Below are positions 51,510-64,000 of a stretch of DNA of 64,000 nucleotides, one piece after another. Position numbers and translations under genes: made by a program. The notes below the pieces were generated by a model that saw only the letters and a program-made list of their open reading frames with translations, had not been told where the DNA came from and ran no database searches. Each line of letters starts with the position of its first letter. The first letter of the stretch is position 1. This DNA comes from Takakia lepidozioides (taxonomy: Eukaryota > Plantae > Bryophyta): assembly GCA_030704615.1 (NCBI GenBank), contig CM060733.1, positions 31,744,001 to 31,808,000 on the forward strand. The letters are read 5' to 3'.

Positions 51510-54500
51510 GGGATGGAGAACTAGGGAACAACAATGTAGAAATAGAGGATGATTTCCATGATTGGAATCAGGTTGTCACACAGGAGGAAAGACAGAGAGT
51601 AGCTAACTCTGTAAGCCAGGTGGAGGGAAAGAGTTTAGAACCCAGTCAAGAGGAAGAAATGGAGAGTCGTTGGAGAAGTCTGAAATCCAGACTACACATC
51701 AACCCAGAGCTCGCTCCAGAACAACGGAAAGAGCTGGAGCAAGAGCTAAAAGCAAATCAGGAATGTTTTGCTCTTAGCAAGGCTGACTTAGGATATTGCA
51801 GTGAGGTGGAACATACAATTGATACTCAAGGCTTTCCCCCTTGCAGAAGTCGTCCCAGCCGCCTATCAGAGTGGGAGGAAAACGAGGTACAAGGACAAAT
51901 TGAGACTTTGATCTCACAAGGCAAGATGAGAGAGAGTAGTTCAGAATGGTCGTGTCCAGTTACCCTTCCACCAAAAAAAGATGGATCCAAGCGGTTTTGT
52001 GGTGATTTTAGGCCAGTAAACCGTTTAACCATAAGGGACTCTTACCCTATGCCATTAATTCAGGATGTTTTAAACCAGTTGGGGAAAGCCAAGTGGTTTT
52101 CTGCGCTGGATTTACAATCTGGTTTTTGGCAGATCAAAATGGACGACCGAGACATAAGCAAAACAGCAGGCTAAAAAATGCCACTGCTACCTTTCAGAGA
52201 ACAATGAATAGGGTGCTCAAAGAAGAAATCAAAGATTGCGCTAAAGTTTTTGTAGATGACGTCAATATCCATAGCAAGGACTGGGGAGATCACGTGGGAC
52301 ATATAAAGAGAGTACTGAGAAAGGTTAGAAAGGCCAATCTTAGGCTCAATCCGGACAAGTGTTACTTTGCCAACTTACAGTTGGTATTCCTTGGGCATGT
52401 GATCTCTGAAGAGGGAACGTGGCCTGATCCAGATAAGATAGCTGCTATTGAAATGTTTCCCTTGCCCAAAAACCACACTGCTCTCAAAAGCTACTTGGGC
52501 ATGACAGGGTACTATAGGCCCTATGTCAAAGGATATGCTGGAGTGGCAGTACCCTTGTTCACTCTAACCAAGAAAGATGTGAAGTTTATCTGGAGTGTAG
52601 AGGCACAAAATGCCTTTTCTGCCTTACAGGTGAAGTTGGTAACTGCTCCCATCCTGGCAAGACCAGATTTCTCAAGACCGTTCGTCTTGGATGTTGACTG
52701 GTCCATCAAAGGAGTAGGGGCAGTATTGTCACAAAAGGAGTATAAAAAGGAGAGGGTCATTGCATACGCCAGTAAGGTACTATCTGATGCTCAGCGCAAA
52801 TATCACCCTATGGAAGGTGAATGCTATGCCCTGGTGTGGGGAGTATTACACTTTAGGCAGTACCTGTATGGAACCCCTTTTGTAATCAGGACTGATCACA
52901 AACCACTGGAGTGGTTGGCAGCGGTAAGTGACGCATATGGACGCAGGGGTAGATGGATCATGACGTTACAAGATTTTGAGTTTAAAATTGTTCATAGGGC
53001 AGGTGCTAGGCATGCTAACGTAGATGCGCTAAGCAAGTATCCAGTGGGACCAGCAGAGGAAACCGAGGAAATCAAGGTATACTCTACTTCTCTATACAGT
53101 CAGAAAAGGGAAGGAAGGAAGAGGGATGGAGCCTATCTTCTTAAACTAGAGTGGGATAGGGGTGCCATCAAGGCTTATCTATTTCAATTTAAGGAGGGTA
53201 AGAAGGAGTTGAGAGAAGAGACTCATAGGCAAGTGGGGTATAGCAGTGAAAGAGGGGAAATGATCTGCAAAAGAGAAGAGTACTATGCATGTGTGTGGGG
53301 TCTTTGGCATTTCAAAAAAACACTGTTGGGAAGTCATTTTTCTTTAGAAACAGATCTGGACCCATATTGGTGGCTGTACTCAGAGCACCACATATGAATA
53401 GATTTGCTTGGTGACTTTTCATTTGAGATCGTTCCTGGAATAGATAGCTCTTCCACAGGTGGAAGGTTGACCAAGGCTCATGGTATATTGAAAGGAGGAC
53501 TGAAACCAGGTACAATGCCAAATGGGGAGGAAAAAAGGGTGACTTTTGCTGCACAGACTTTGGCTGCCAAGAAACAAGGAAAGGGAATTGATCAATCAAG
53601 TCCTATCAATCTGGTCAGGGAGGGTATTTAGAAAGATATGGGTGTAGGAAAAAAGGAGGTTCCTGCAATCAACAACAAAGAAGAGGAAGATCTGATGGCC
53701 TTTTGTCCCACCATCCATGTGATTACCCGAGGATCTCATGCTCGTGATCAGGAGCTAAGCAAGGTACAGCCAGCCTGCAAAATTGTGAAGGAACGATCAA
53801 ACGATGAAGAGGGAAGCTTGCAAGAAACACCATTCCTTCAACAATCTACAAGCACAGAAACAACAAGAAAAACTCGGGTGACTTCCTCGTCAGAATGGCC
53901 AGTGGAAGAGAACATGAGGGGTGAGTGTTCCACCAAGACATTTTATTCTTCAGACAGTGATGGGCCACATTGTTCCGAACAAGACACTTCTTCTTATAAC
54001 AGGGATGATGAAGGGGACTGGGTGCCATGGAGCACACCCACCAAGGCCACTCAGATGTCACTATTACGCGAAGCTGAAAGATGGGGGAAAAGGTCTCTCA
54101 TCAGCTCTGACAATCATACAGCAGCTGTTAAGGAGGAAAGGCAACCTGATGTACTTGATGATGTGGAAGTTATGCATCTCTTATGTTTTGGAGAAGTCAA
54201 TGACTATCTGACAAAGGAGGAGAGCAAAAGAGTCAATAGGCGGGCAAGGCAGTACTCCTATCTCAAGGGTGAGGTCTACTTTGAGGGAAGGGTAGTTCCA
54301 CCAAGAACGGACAAAGAGGCAATAATCACTGAAGTGCATAAGGCCACGGGCCATTTTGGAGTCCGAAGAACACAAGAGGAGATATGCCGACGGTATTTCT
54401 GGCATGACAGAACAAAACTCATCAGGCAAGTACTCAAAGGCTGTGGCGAATGTCAGATGGCTAAACAGAACGGAGTGTTGCGCTCAGGTAGCTCAAAACT

Positions 54501-55406
54501 GAGTATTCTAGTAGTGGATCTGTTTTTCAGAGTTGCAATTGACACGGCAGGACCATTACCTATAACCAACAGGGGAAATCAGTACTTTCTGGTGGCAATA
54601 GATCACTTTTCAAAATGGATAGCAGCGGCACCAGTGGCAGATCACACAGCAGCACTTGCAGCCCGCTTTCTGGTGAAGAAGTGATCGACAGGTATAGCTG
54701 CCCACACACATTGCTCACTGACAACGGCACGGAGTGGGGAGGCGAGTTTGAAGATGCATGCCGCAAATATGGTATAAAAAGGGAGCATAGCGCCCCTTAC
54801 TGGCCTCAGTGTAATGGTATGGTGGAAAGGGTGATTAAGTCTCTCAAACAGAGCATCACCACCTTAGGAGTTGGAAACGACACTGAGTGGGATCAGAATC
54901 TCTACAAAGCCTTGTTTGGTTACAGAATGGGTGTTCATGCTTCGACCGGATTCTCACCTTTTCAAGTGCTGACTGGTAGGATTCCAAGGCTGGGAATTGA
55001 CAACAGGTTGCAATTTCTTACAGCAGCAGTGAATTTTGATGGATCTGTGGCAGAGGTCACACTTATGATGCAGCAGAAAATCCAGCTCCTCACAGAGATG
55101 AAGGCAAAGCTGCGAAAAAGTGTGAAGAAAGGGCAGTGTCAGCAGGCAAGGGATTATGAAAGGAGGCATCAAGCAGGGCATACCTACTGCAAGTTGATGG
55201 AAAATAGCAAGGTAATGATGTTGAGGCCTGGAAAGAGATCTTCCATGACATCTCTATGGGAGGGACCTTATGACTTTTTGGGATACAAGGATGCAGGAAG
55301 CACCACAAGAACTGGGGAAGTTGCACGAAGATGTAGGTTGAGAGATGGGGCAGACAAGGAATGGGTAAGAAGTAGGAGGGATTTGAAACCTTCATACAAC
55401 CAATAG
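51510..55406 (+). pseudogene. pol: Gypsy pol (RT, RH, degenerate second RH, IN) lacking gag and PR
   Basis: LDLQSGFWQ, FVDD, DVDWS..EGECYA, GHFG..CGECQ, IDTAG, TDNG, NGMVER. Confidence 0.92.
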
Positions 55407-55470
55407 GTGGTCAGCCATGAAAATGGTCAGTGAGGACCCTGACACTTAAAAAAGGGAGACACACTACATA

Positions 55471-57050
55471 TGTAGTGTGAATGCAGGGGGTAAACATTCA
55501 AATTTTTGTTTGGCATCAGGATTCGGCATTACTACGAAGGGAGTGCCCTGGTGCTAATGAGGGGAAGGAATTATCCATGACTACAGGTAATTCCATGGGA
55601 ACACTATGCTATTGCTCTGCCAGGACAAAATATGGCTAAGTTATGACATGCGCCTTTTTCATCCCTAGGATAAATGATTTTCATCGATGATGTTTAAACC
55701 TAGAAGCTCGGGCTGTGAAAAACGAAGGGAAAGAGTGCGGGCAACTTTTCGTAGCTGCTGCAGTGGTGTTGGCAGCACAGTATGTCTTAGAAAGTTCCAC
55801 CTGCGCAAGGGGAATCAGCTTGCTTTAAAGAGCAACGTTAAAGGCTCTTGCTTGGCATTCTGTGCAAGAGGAAGCGGTGCCACCTTCTTCGTAGTAATGA
55901 TCAATTCTGAAGGCTGAGCATGTGATGAGAGCGGTGCACCACCGCTGCCGCCATTGTCTTGAAGAGCACAGTTATGAGGAGATGGAGCGGCTCAACAGCT
56001 GTTGGGGCATGAGAAGTGCAGGCTGGTGTGTATGGCGCTTCAGGTTATCTGTAATTAAGACTTGTAGCTGCTTTCTGTCTTATTGCTGTAGGACCAGATC
56101 AATTCTTAGGGAAGAAGTGCACATGTAGAAGGATAGGGTAGAGGTTGGCAGGCACAAGGATGTTGCCAGCAGATGAAGCAGAGCCGTCATGACATAATGA
56201 GGACTGGAATTACGATAAGAAGAAACGTTGAATGTGGCTGATGACAGAGTTGATGAGGTGCCATCTTGACAGGCAGACCCACCGCTTCACTGGAGTATAA
56301 GACAGATAAGTTCGAAGAGTGTGGGTGACTTAGAAATCGCTTTGTGAAGTTTTGGACTATCTCTTGTATGTAGAAAGAGACACAGATATGTGAGGAAGAA
56401 AAGAGCTTTGGGAAATGGAATGAGGACACTGGACTTCAAACCAGGATAGGCTGGAAATGGATGCACCTGCTGTTACATTGCACAGTAGGAGAAATGATCG
56501 GGGACAGGGTTAACTCATCGCTGGGTCAGAATGGTTGCTGTTTGTTGTATTCTTGTTCTTTGTTTCAGTGTCATGAGCCTGTAAAAACAATGTGGCCTTG
56601 GATGTTGACACATTGCAGCCAATGTGGAACTAGCTTAGTAGGTAGAGGAAACCAGTGAAGGTTAGATATAACTGTTTGGAAGGAGCAGAAGGGATGATGT
56701 GGATGGGGCAGAAAAACCAACACTGTTTGGGGTTTGGATCTGATTCTCAGAGTGCTCTCAGCATGTGAACAACTGAGGTTCACAGTTGATGGGAAAAAGA
56801 GAATTGTCAGGGTGTGTAAATTGAGACCTGTAGATGGGTTGAGAACTGTCTTGGGCAAATGGCTACACCTGGGAAAAGGGGAGTGTGAAGCATCTGTCAT
56901 TGGCAAGAGAGGAACTGATAAAAGGGCTGATTATGTCTTGTGTGACCAAGGTTGATTTCAATGCTGGGTACACTGGATGCCTGGCTGAATGCGCATTGCA
57001 TTGCATCTTAGACATGCTATTGTGAAAAAGTGAGGAATCTGCAGACCCTG

Positions 57051-57105
<55 letters not shown>

Positions 57106-57638
57106 CAAAGGGAGAGAGCTGACCAGCAAGAGGGGTTGATGAGGGATGAAGATTGGGGAGGTAAGATAAAGAAAGCATGAACCCATGAAGAACCAAACCG
57201 GTGGGCCTGTAGTTCATGGCAGATCTGAGTTGCCTCCTTCCAAATCGTGATCATATTACAAAAAGGGGCTTCCACGTGTTATTGTCCAAGGGAGCTGCCC
57301 ACAAGGGTAGTGTTCATCACTGACGTAGGGCTGGTTGCATCACTGAAGACAACATGGTAGCATGGCTGGTGCTGTACCCCAGGGAAAGGATGTCGTGTAA
57401 AAATAGAACCAAGGGTGAGAACAATACAGACTCCCCATCCATGTCTTCTCTTCCGCTGCGGCGTGGATGAGGATTGTGTAAACTCTGATCATGAAGGATT
57501 TGAGGGAAACCCACAACCGAGTGACGATGGTTGGATCACTGGAAGAGAGTTCCTTTCTTTTGCTCCGCTTCAAAACTGGGGAGGAGCACAATTAGAATTG
57601 CACAGAAGGGGATTCACGCCCCTTCTTTTCACACTACA
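55471..57638 (+). repeat. 3' LTR (2168 bp)
   Basis: TGTAGTGTGAA...TTCACACTACA, after the PPT-like AAAAAAGGGAG. Contains (GA)n near 57058-57098 and is followed by CCAT. Confidence 0.82.
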
Positions 57639-57699
57639 CCATATCATCGCACCGCCGACGAATTGATGTGAATTACACATTTCAAATCATGGTCGTCCA

Positions 57700-60600
57700 C
57701 ATACCACATTGCATAGTTGATGCTACCCATGTGTTGTATCCCGCTGCAATAGAGTATCGACCTCGTTGAAACTCATAGTGGCCTTGTGAATGAAGTTGTC
57801 ACGTTTGGGATCGCAAACCATCCTCTTCAAAAATATGAAATACAAATGTTTGCAGGGTATGAATTTACCTCTCTTGCCCCAACTGGTTAATAGCATATTC
57901 ACAAAATCAGGACATGTGCAATTGGGGAAATTGGAAACCGTGATGTCGTAGGTCCTGTCATGAACAGCAGATGTGGAAGTGATGATTGTGAATACCCGAC
58001 CATATCATGGATCGGGTACTTCCGTGGTGCTTCCAACACGAGCTTGGAGCATTCTTGCGGACTCCACTTTGCCAAAGTGTTCAGCGGTTGGAGGGAAACG
58101 CTGAACGAGCTTTCCATCTCGTTTGGTTGGCCACAAATCAGGATTTGCCGGGGGGACCCAAGAGGACGTAGAAGTAGTAGCACATGCATGGAGTTGGGGT
58201 TGTCTCGCAAGGGAAAAGCCTGCCTCCTCCAGCATTTCAATCTCCTGAAATCTAAGATGTGTTCCCACCTTCACGGGCCAAACGGTTGGAGGAGATGGCT
58301 TCATCACTACGGAAGGACGCACAGTTCCATGCACACATCTGGCACAATCATCTGCGCAGAACCAGAACTTGTGGTTCTTGGCTTCTGGTTGACCGTATGG
58401 ACGTATCAAACCCGTGAAAGTCCGAGCAGGAGTTTGGGCACCACCTTTGGATATAGATGAAGTGCACTTCTCGAAATTAGTTGCCCTGATCGCTGTACAT
58501 TTCACACGAGACCCTGCACTTGTGCGTTCTATGTGCCAAACGTGGTCAGGGCATGCGGACTCAAGCACATCAAGGGGGTTGTTTCTCTCCTGCACCATTT
58601 CAGTGGCACTGTTTGATGCTGGAGCTTGTCGTCGTGTTGGAGGTTCATCCAGAATGGAGGTTCCGGACATGGAGCTGTCATGCAGGGGAACATGAGGCTT
58701 TGAGAAGTTATCACGGTCTGCCATGTGCGAATTAGAATCCAAACAAATCATCTGTTGTTGCCACATACAAATCCCGACCTCGTTTCCCAGACTGCTACAA
58801 ACCATGCGTTGTGCACAGTTTCTGCCAAATTGCAAGATGACATGTCCGCCATTTCCTCAATGGACATGTTCTGCAAAGTGGAGAACCACACTTCAAAACA
58901 GTGAACAGGAAACAACATAAAGAAAGCGAGGATACAATAAAATGGAAAGTAAATGTATGAATAAAGCAAGAAATATAAGGCTCGTACCACTACCATGGCT
59001 GCTCCCCACTGTCTATACCGGAAGTGCCAAAACGCCAGCCAATCTTCCAATGCTCTCATACTCTCAAGTGATGCAGCTCCAGAAGAGAACCACCAGGCAC
59101 GAATTGTCTGGAACAAAGTGTCCGCCTCCTTCATCGTTCTAGCATCTTTGTACTCTTTGCACAATTTCCGGTGCTGAGTCTGTATCTTTGGTTTGATGTC
59201 CGACTTTGTATGTTTTTCCAGAGATTGTGTCCAATGGAATAGACATGTACGCTCTCTTCCTCACATTGGCACTTTTGGGTCGCCCGATCCGAAGACAATA
59301 CGAACAACATTGAAATTTGCTTGAGCACTATCCGCCATGAAACCTGCAAAATTTGGAGATGGTAGCCCATGGCAGCCCATGACACGTATCAGGGAATTCC
59401 ACATGAGCTTCTTGGATTCCGTATCCTCGGATTGCATGTCAAAAAACTGCAATTGTCATAACTCGTTGGTACACTGGATCGTAGACATGACAAGCCATTG
59501 TCGTCCAATCCTTCACTCGTTTCACATGATCAAACATAAGAAAACAGTTCTGCAAGTCCCCAGTCTTCTGCATCCGCTTCACGAGGCTAACCCCACTGCC
59601 TTCCCCAACAGTCGACATTTTGAAAAGAAAAACTTTGATGGCACCTTGACCTGGGAATACATTGTCCTGGATGTAATTGTACTTGCTCACTTGTTTCAAC
59701 TCCAAAATGTTGTCTATGTAGCCTCTGATACCAGAGCCCATTCTTAATGCATTGATCTGAAGCCGAATGTTAGGTGAACTCAAAGTGGAGAAATGATCCA
59801 TGACCAGGTCCAATGCTGCACCGTCAAGTTTAGTCCCCACAGAATCCCCTTCACTCAAAATATGGCTTTCCAAGAAGGACTTGCTTGCGCCAAGAGCAAT
59901 TGCAGATGTTGTTGCGGATGGGTTTCTCCCAAACTCCTGTTTAATCAACCTCGACACTGTCTCAACACTCTCCCTGTAATCCCCCTTCGAGACAGGATGG
60001 TTATGGAATCCGAAATGCACACAAGCTCTTGTCATTGTTTTCAAACGGTGGACAACATAGTACATTCTTGCTCCGCAGAGCGCCAAGCAGGATGGCACAA
60101 GTTTGCAGAATTTGCAGACGAAAGTGTTTGCCGGTGGTGGGGCAGTCCCAGGCTGAAATGGATTTTCCGCCAGACCCTCCCATTCGCTTTGATTATGAAC
60201 CCCAGACTGAAGAAAGTGTCTGCAATTCAAATTATCACACCTAAGGTGTCCATTGCAAACTGTTCTCCTGAAAACAAGCTTGTCATCATTCTGAATATTG
60301 GATGTTTTTGTTCTGCACCATGGGTGCCCGTCGTGTTTCTTGTCCATTCCATGCATCATGATTGTTACACCTCCAACTCGCGAAGGAGGAGGCAGCTCGA
60401 ATAGGATATCGCCATCAAAAGTCTCTGGCAAGAACTTAGGCACCTGCTTCAAAGATTCCCAATCAATTCCTCGCAACTCACTTTTGAATCCAACCATTCC
60501 TCCCATCGCCCGTAGTTTTGGAATGACACTACAAATCTCTTCTTCATCAGCTTCTCCAACCACAGTAGGAAGGACTGGATTTGGAATTTCATTTATGTCA

Positions 60601-60701
60601 TCATCGGACGAATCCGAAAGCTCAACGATTGGAGTGGAGGACGTCTGTTCTTTTTTCACCACCACCTCCCTCTTGTCTTCAACGACCGAAACAGCAGTCC
60701 C
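57700..60701 (-). pseudogene. Mutator-like transposase, copy C
   Basis: HDGHPWC..C.GHLRC..HNHP, LMFDHVKR, FMADSAQA, NLAETVH, FWFCADD, SWIM remnant. Homologous to 15090-18783. Confidence 0.87.
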
Positions 60702-61028
60702 GAACTTTCTAAGACATACTGTGCTGCCAACACCACTGCAGCAGCTACGAAAAGTTGCCCGCACTCTTCCCCTTCGTTTTTCACAGCCCGAGCTTCTAGG
60801 TTTAAACATCATCGATGAAAATCATTCATCCTAGGGATGAAAAAGGCGCATGTCATAACTTAGCCATATTTTGTCCTGGCAGAGCAATAGCATAGTGTTC
60901 CCATGGAATTACCTGTAGTCATGGATAATTCCTTCCCCTCATTAGCACCTGGGCACTCCCTTCGTAGTAATGCCGAATCCTGATGCCAAACAAAAATTTG
61001 AATGTTTACCCCCTGCATTCACACTACA
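60702..61028 (-). repeat. First 327 bp of the 5' LTR, inverted
   Basis: Inverted copy of 55471-55797 with about 3 mismatches. Preceded by CCAT on its own strand. Confidence 0.88.
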
Positions 61029-61349
61029 ATGGCCTCCAACTATACTGAATGAGCTCTGAGTGACAACTTTTAAAAGCACATTTGTCATTGCACCGTTCGA
61101 AGTCTACATGTCTTGCTGTCGCTATGCACTACAATCATCTTTTGAAGACGATCCTAACTCTCATTGTTATTTGAGGAGGGAGGAAGGTCTTCCCGTGGCA
61201 GCCTCTATGGCGCACACTTTGTGAGGATATTTTCTCGTCCTCGTAATTGTAAAAGTGAAACAAGCATTTGTAATTGCACAATGTTGGATGCTACAATTGT
61301 AGGCCTCATGGTAGTCTTGATTCTATTTAGGCAAGATTCCCTGCATTAA

Positions 61350-61545
61350 TTCCACGGTCATAGGACCATCCTCGGTTATAGGCGGCGCATGTTAATGCTG
61401 ACATGGCAGATGACGGACAGTGCCACGTCATCATTTACCGCCACATCAGCATGCTGTCATGATGCTCACGCCACGTCAGCGTGGGTGCAGGCTCACGCCA
61501 CGTCACTCCTGCGTGAGCGTACGCTCACGCCATTGCGTCGTTGGA
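61350..61545 (-). repeat. Subterminal region of the MULE-like element (GTGGCGTGAGC repeats); terminus lost
   Basis: Same motifs as 2770-2845 and 26843-26945. Confidence 0.65.
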
Positions 61546-62190
61546 ACTCGGCTCACATCCGTGGGGCGTGGAATCTGTGCAATGGACTCTACCTTAGTCT
61601 GTTGTACCCCCAATCCTCCAGGATATATCATGTGACCCAGATACTTGATTTGGTTGTGGAAAAACTTGCACTTCCCCGGATGTAACTTCAATCCGTGCGT
61701 CCTCAAGCGCTCAAATATCACCTGAAGGTGTCTCTCATGCTCCTCCACCGTAGCACTAAAGATGATGATGTCATCTATGTAGCACCGAGCAAACTCCACC
61801 CCTGCTAGAATCCTGTCCATGACTCTCTGAAACTCTGCCGGAGCGTTCTTAAGCCCAAATGGTAAGAACCGCCACTGGTATAGGCAATCCTTCCCGTGCT
61901 CATTGATCCCCCAGAATGTCGTCTTCTGCTTATCTGTCTCCTTGATCGGCAACTGGTGATATCCGGATCGTAAATCCAAAGTGCTAAAGACCTTGGCATG
62001 CCCAATGGCATCAAAGATCTCCTCTGGTGTCGGCATGGCATACCTATCGGACTTGGTCTGACGATTTACAGGCCGGTAATCACCGCACATACGTCTCTCC
62101 GTCCAATTGCCATAGACATCCTTCTTGGCTGGCATCATTGCGGCTGAAGCATACTCTCCCCCAGATAGCTCCACCAAACCAGCCTCCCAA
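61546..62190 (-). pseudogene. Gypsy RT fragment
   Basis: [32 protein letters not shown]. Confidence 0.92.
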
Positions 62191-62629
62191 AGGTCCTGAG
62201 AGGATACTTTCAAGCAATACAGGCAGGTTGAAGCTGACCAAGAGAGGCACATCCTGGAGTTGCAACAAACGGTCATGGCCAATAGAAATGAAATCTCTGT
62301 CGCTAACAAGGCTTGGAAGGAAGCCAATAATCTGCTTGCTGCCTATGCGAATTTGGTTGAACCTCATGCGAAGCGCATTGAGGCTTTACAACAGCAGTTA
62401 GATATGTACAAACTCAGAGAGGAGCAGACTCTCAGAGGTACCACAAGCAACTTGGTGGATAGCCACCTTATGCAGGTCTGGTTAGCACAAGGGCCAGTGG
62501 AGGGCAAAGCACCACGAAAGCTCACCCAAACCGAGATGAATGAGCTCAGACTGCAAGTGCAGAACATTGCCACAACTACTATAGACAATGTCTATAGTAG
62601 AATAGCGGAGTTACAGGAGGATGTAGACG

Positions 62630-64000
62630 GGGGGTTGCTATTCCATGAGCTCATGAGCGGGCATGGCTAACCCATGAGCCGCAAAGTAACACACTTCGAA
62701 TTTCGGCAGATTTTTTTCGGGCCAAAAACTATAAAATAATCAAAAATCGAAGATTTCCGCGCTCATGCTGGAAGCACTCCGCTCATGAGTACCAGTGTAC
62801 GCTCATGACTTGGAGCCCAGGCTCATGGACCGCCAGGCCAGGTCATAGAATAACAGAATTCTGGGCAATAACGGCACCGAAATTATCCCAGAGGCAGAGA
62901 CGCAAGCGGAATTAGGATCCGGGTTTGCAGACTCCGAAAACGCAATGGCGACCTATAACCGTGGATAGTACTATTGCAGAAGTGCAGGATGGTTGGGTAT
63001 AACGACGCCGTAATTGGGCACAGGAAAAGAAATAGCGCGCTGAAGGCTCGGGAGTGAAGCCAACAACGGTGAAAGTAATTGGGCTCTGCCAACCAAATAC
63101 CCGGCTGCATCCTCCGGAGTGCAGGCGATAACGGCGCCGAAATGGGCCCCGGAAACCAAATACTCGGCTGAAGCCACCGGAGTGCAGCCGATAACGGCGC
63201 CGAAATTGGGTCCGGAAACCAAATACCCGGCTGAAGGCTGGGGATTGCAACCAATAACGGCGCCGAAATTGACCTGCGGAAACAAAATTCTCGGCTGAAG
63301 CTTCCGCACTCCATGTAATAACGGCGCCGAAATTGGGCGTCGGAGAGCAAATACCCGCCTTACGGTGAGGGAGGCCTTGCTCTCATTTTGCTCTTCACTC
63401 TTCTCTGTTGTGCCCATCTCCTCCCTGCTTTGAGTTCGTGCTGTGTCGTGAGGCCATGTCGTGCCTGAATCACATCTATCGACGCCAGACGGGAGTCATT
63501 TTCCCGAAAGCAGACGACATCATTGTCTTCCTGGATGTTTACAGGGACGATCCTCGACTTGTCCAGCTGAGAGCAATGGAGTTTCTTCCAGGATTGCACG
63601 ATTCTCCTGGACCCCGGCTGGGGAGCAGGTGGTTCCTACGCATCATGGACCTGGACTTTCCGCATGTGTGGGAGCCGAACAGATCACGCACAGCGTTGCT
63701 GTATCGCTGGAATTGTTGCGAGTGGACGTATGATGAGTGCATAGGTGAAAACTTTACGCGTGGACGGACTGGCTCGGAAAGTGGGGACATTCTCTTCAGT
63801 TATGAGGATGAGGAGGAGGGGAACACAGGGCCCACTGTGAAAATGTCCTTCTACCAAGGGGGCGCTATCGATAAACACGACATCCTCGTTAGTTTCAGCC
63901 GGGCGACAGAAACCACTGACATTTTGTTCAAATATAGGCACCCGGTCACTGAGGAGGTCCTTGAGAGGCCAGTTCGAGTTCCTTCTTCTTGGGCGAGGGG
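62630..64000. mobile_element. Further MULE-like family member (copy D): terminus and palindrome array
   Basis: GGGGGTTGCTATTCCATGAGC, GCTCATG repeats, and ~60-bp units with ATAACGGCGCCGAAATT (62870-63340). Right extent unknown. Confidence 0.65.

Noticed and set aside
55471-61028. 327-bp inverted repeats as TIRs of the enclosed transposase
   Set aside because: They are LTR sequence (TG..CA ends, PPT, CCAT TSD). An inversion explains them, and the ORF start at 60812 is a chimera.

Overview
This is eukaryotic, intron-containing, transposon-dense DNA, and I recognised no intact host gene. The retrotransposon types suggest a non-seed land plant (inference). The window holds nested Ty3/gypsy LTR elements, including a young chromovirus at 6512-12681 with TSD ATTCC. 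It also holds a LINE fragment, CACTA and hAT remnants, and several broken copies of a large Mutator-like (MULE) DNA transposon family. Pieced together from these copies, the element reads: left end (GAG..TAGCTA....RTGAGC); a GCM-like/DDE/SWIM transposase pointing to the left end; arrays of long palindromes; a spliced gene pointing to the right end (GCTCAYGRAATAGCANCCCCC). That gene has an N-terminal ParB/Srx-like domain (YVWDGNHR) and a C-terminal beta-class N4C/N6A DNA-methyltransferase-like domain (DIPD ... VLDLSMGTG). A shared 9-bp TSD (ATTCTGGAT) and a reconstructable inversion support the transposase and the ParB-MTase gene belonging to one element. A second candidate novelty is a LINE encoding a chromodomain plus a PCIF1-like methyltransferase fold. 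All domain calls come from motif recognition by eye, not from searches.
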